A stretch of DNA of 64,000 bases from Vicugna vicugna (lineage: Eukaryota). A program made the position numbers and the translations under genes. Under the pieces are notes generated by a model, which was not told the DNA's origin, did not search any database, and saw only the letters and a program-made list of their open reading frames with translations. The stretch spans positions 5,328,792-5,392,791 of the forward strand of contig MU058384.1 of NCBI GenBank assembly GCA_013265495.1. Reading direction: 5' to 3'. Positions 63,720 to 64,000 of this stretch are shown here, piece after piece (the stretch's first letter is position 1; each line of letters begins with the position of its first letter).

Positions 63720-64000
63720 GACGGTGTTAACTGGCACCTGGGCATAAACAGCAAACCTTTAGAGTCTATAATAACCTGTCATTTCTTTGGAATTTTTTAA
63801 AATAATGTCCGAACTTACTAAAATAATTCTCTTTGTTCTCCTCCTCTGCTTCCTCACTACTTTTAAGCAACTAATAAATAGAACGTATACCTAGAGAAGG
63901 TGGTAAAGGAGGGCAAGTAGAAGGAACCTGACTATTATTAAACATCTATTGTGTGCCAGGCATTACCTTCGGCATTTTACATATAATATTTTAATCCTCA

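Noticed and set aside
1..64000. CRISPR array, rRNA, operon or other prokaryotic/defence system
   Set aside because: The sequence is mammalian repeat-rich DNA with no regularly spaced repeats, rRNA similarity or dense coding structure.

Overview
This is mammalian nuclear DNA, almost certainly from a camelid: it carries three tRNA-derived Vic-1-like SINEs and cetartiodactyl-type L1 3' ends, and I saw no Alu or Bov-A/Bov-tA elements. It is AT-rich and dominated by repeats: old L1M, L2, L3/CR1, MIR, MaLR LTRs, hAT DNA transposons and microsatellites. I recognise no protein-coding gene, and the ORF track looks like chance or repeat-derived frames. The most striking structure is a cluster of seven ERV1-type solo LTRs in about 7.3 kb (15327-22635), most with their own 4-bp target-site duplications (TSDs). 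Three are MER41-like, one of which has a different LTR nested beside its STAT-type motif, and two families occur as inverted pairs. The cluster lies just 5' of a candidate minus-strand promoter/first exon with RFX-, MYB- and CCAAT-like motifs (~12.6 kb). A downstream candidate coding exon (5731-5999) is missed by the ORF track. A second candidate minus-strand transcript end lies at 56.2-63.1 kb. All gene calls are tentative, and repeat family names come from visual recognition, not from a database search. I found no convincing novel biological system.
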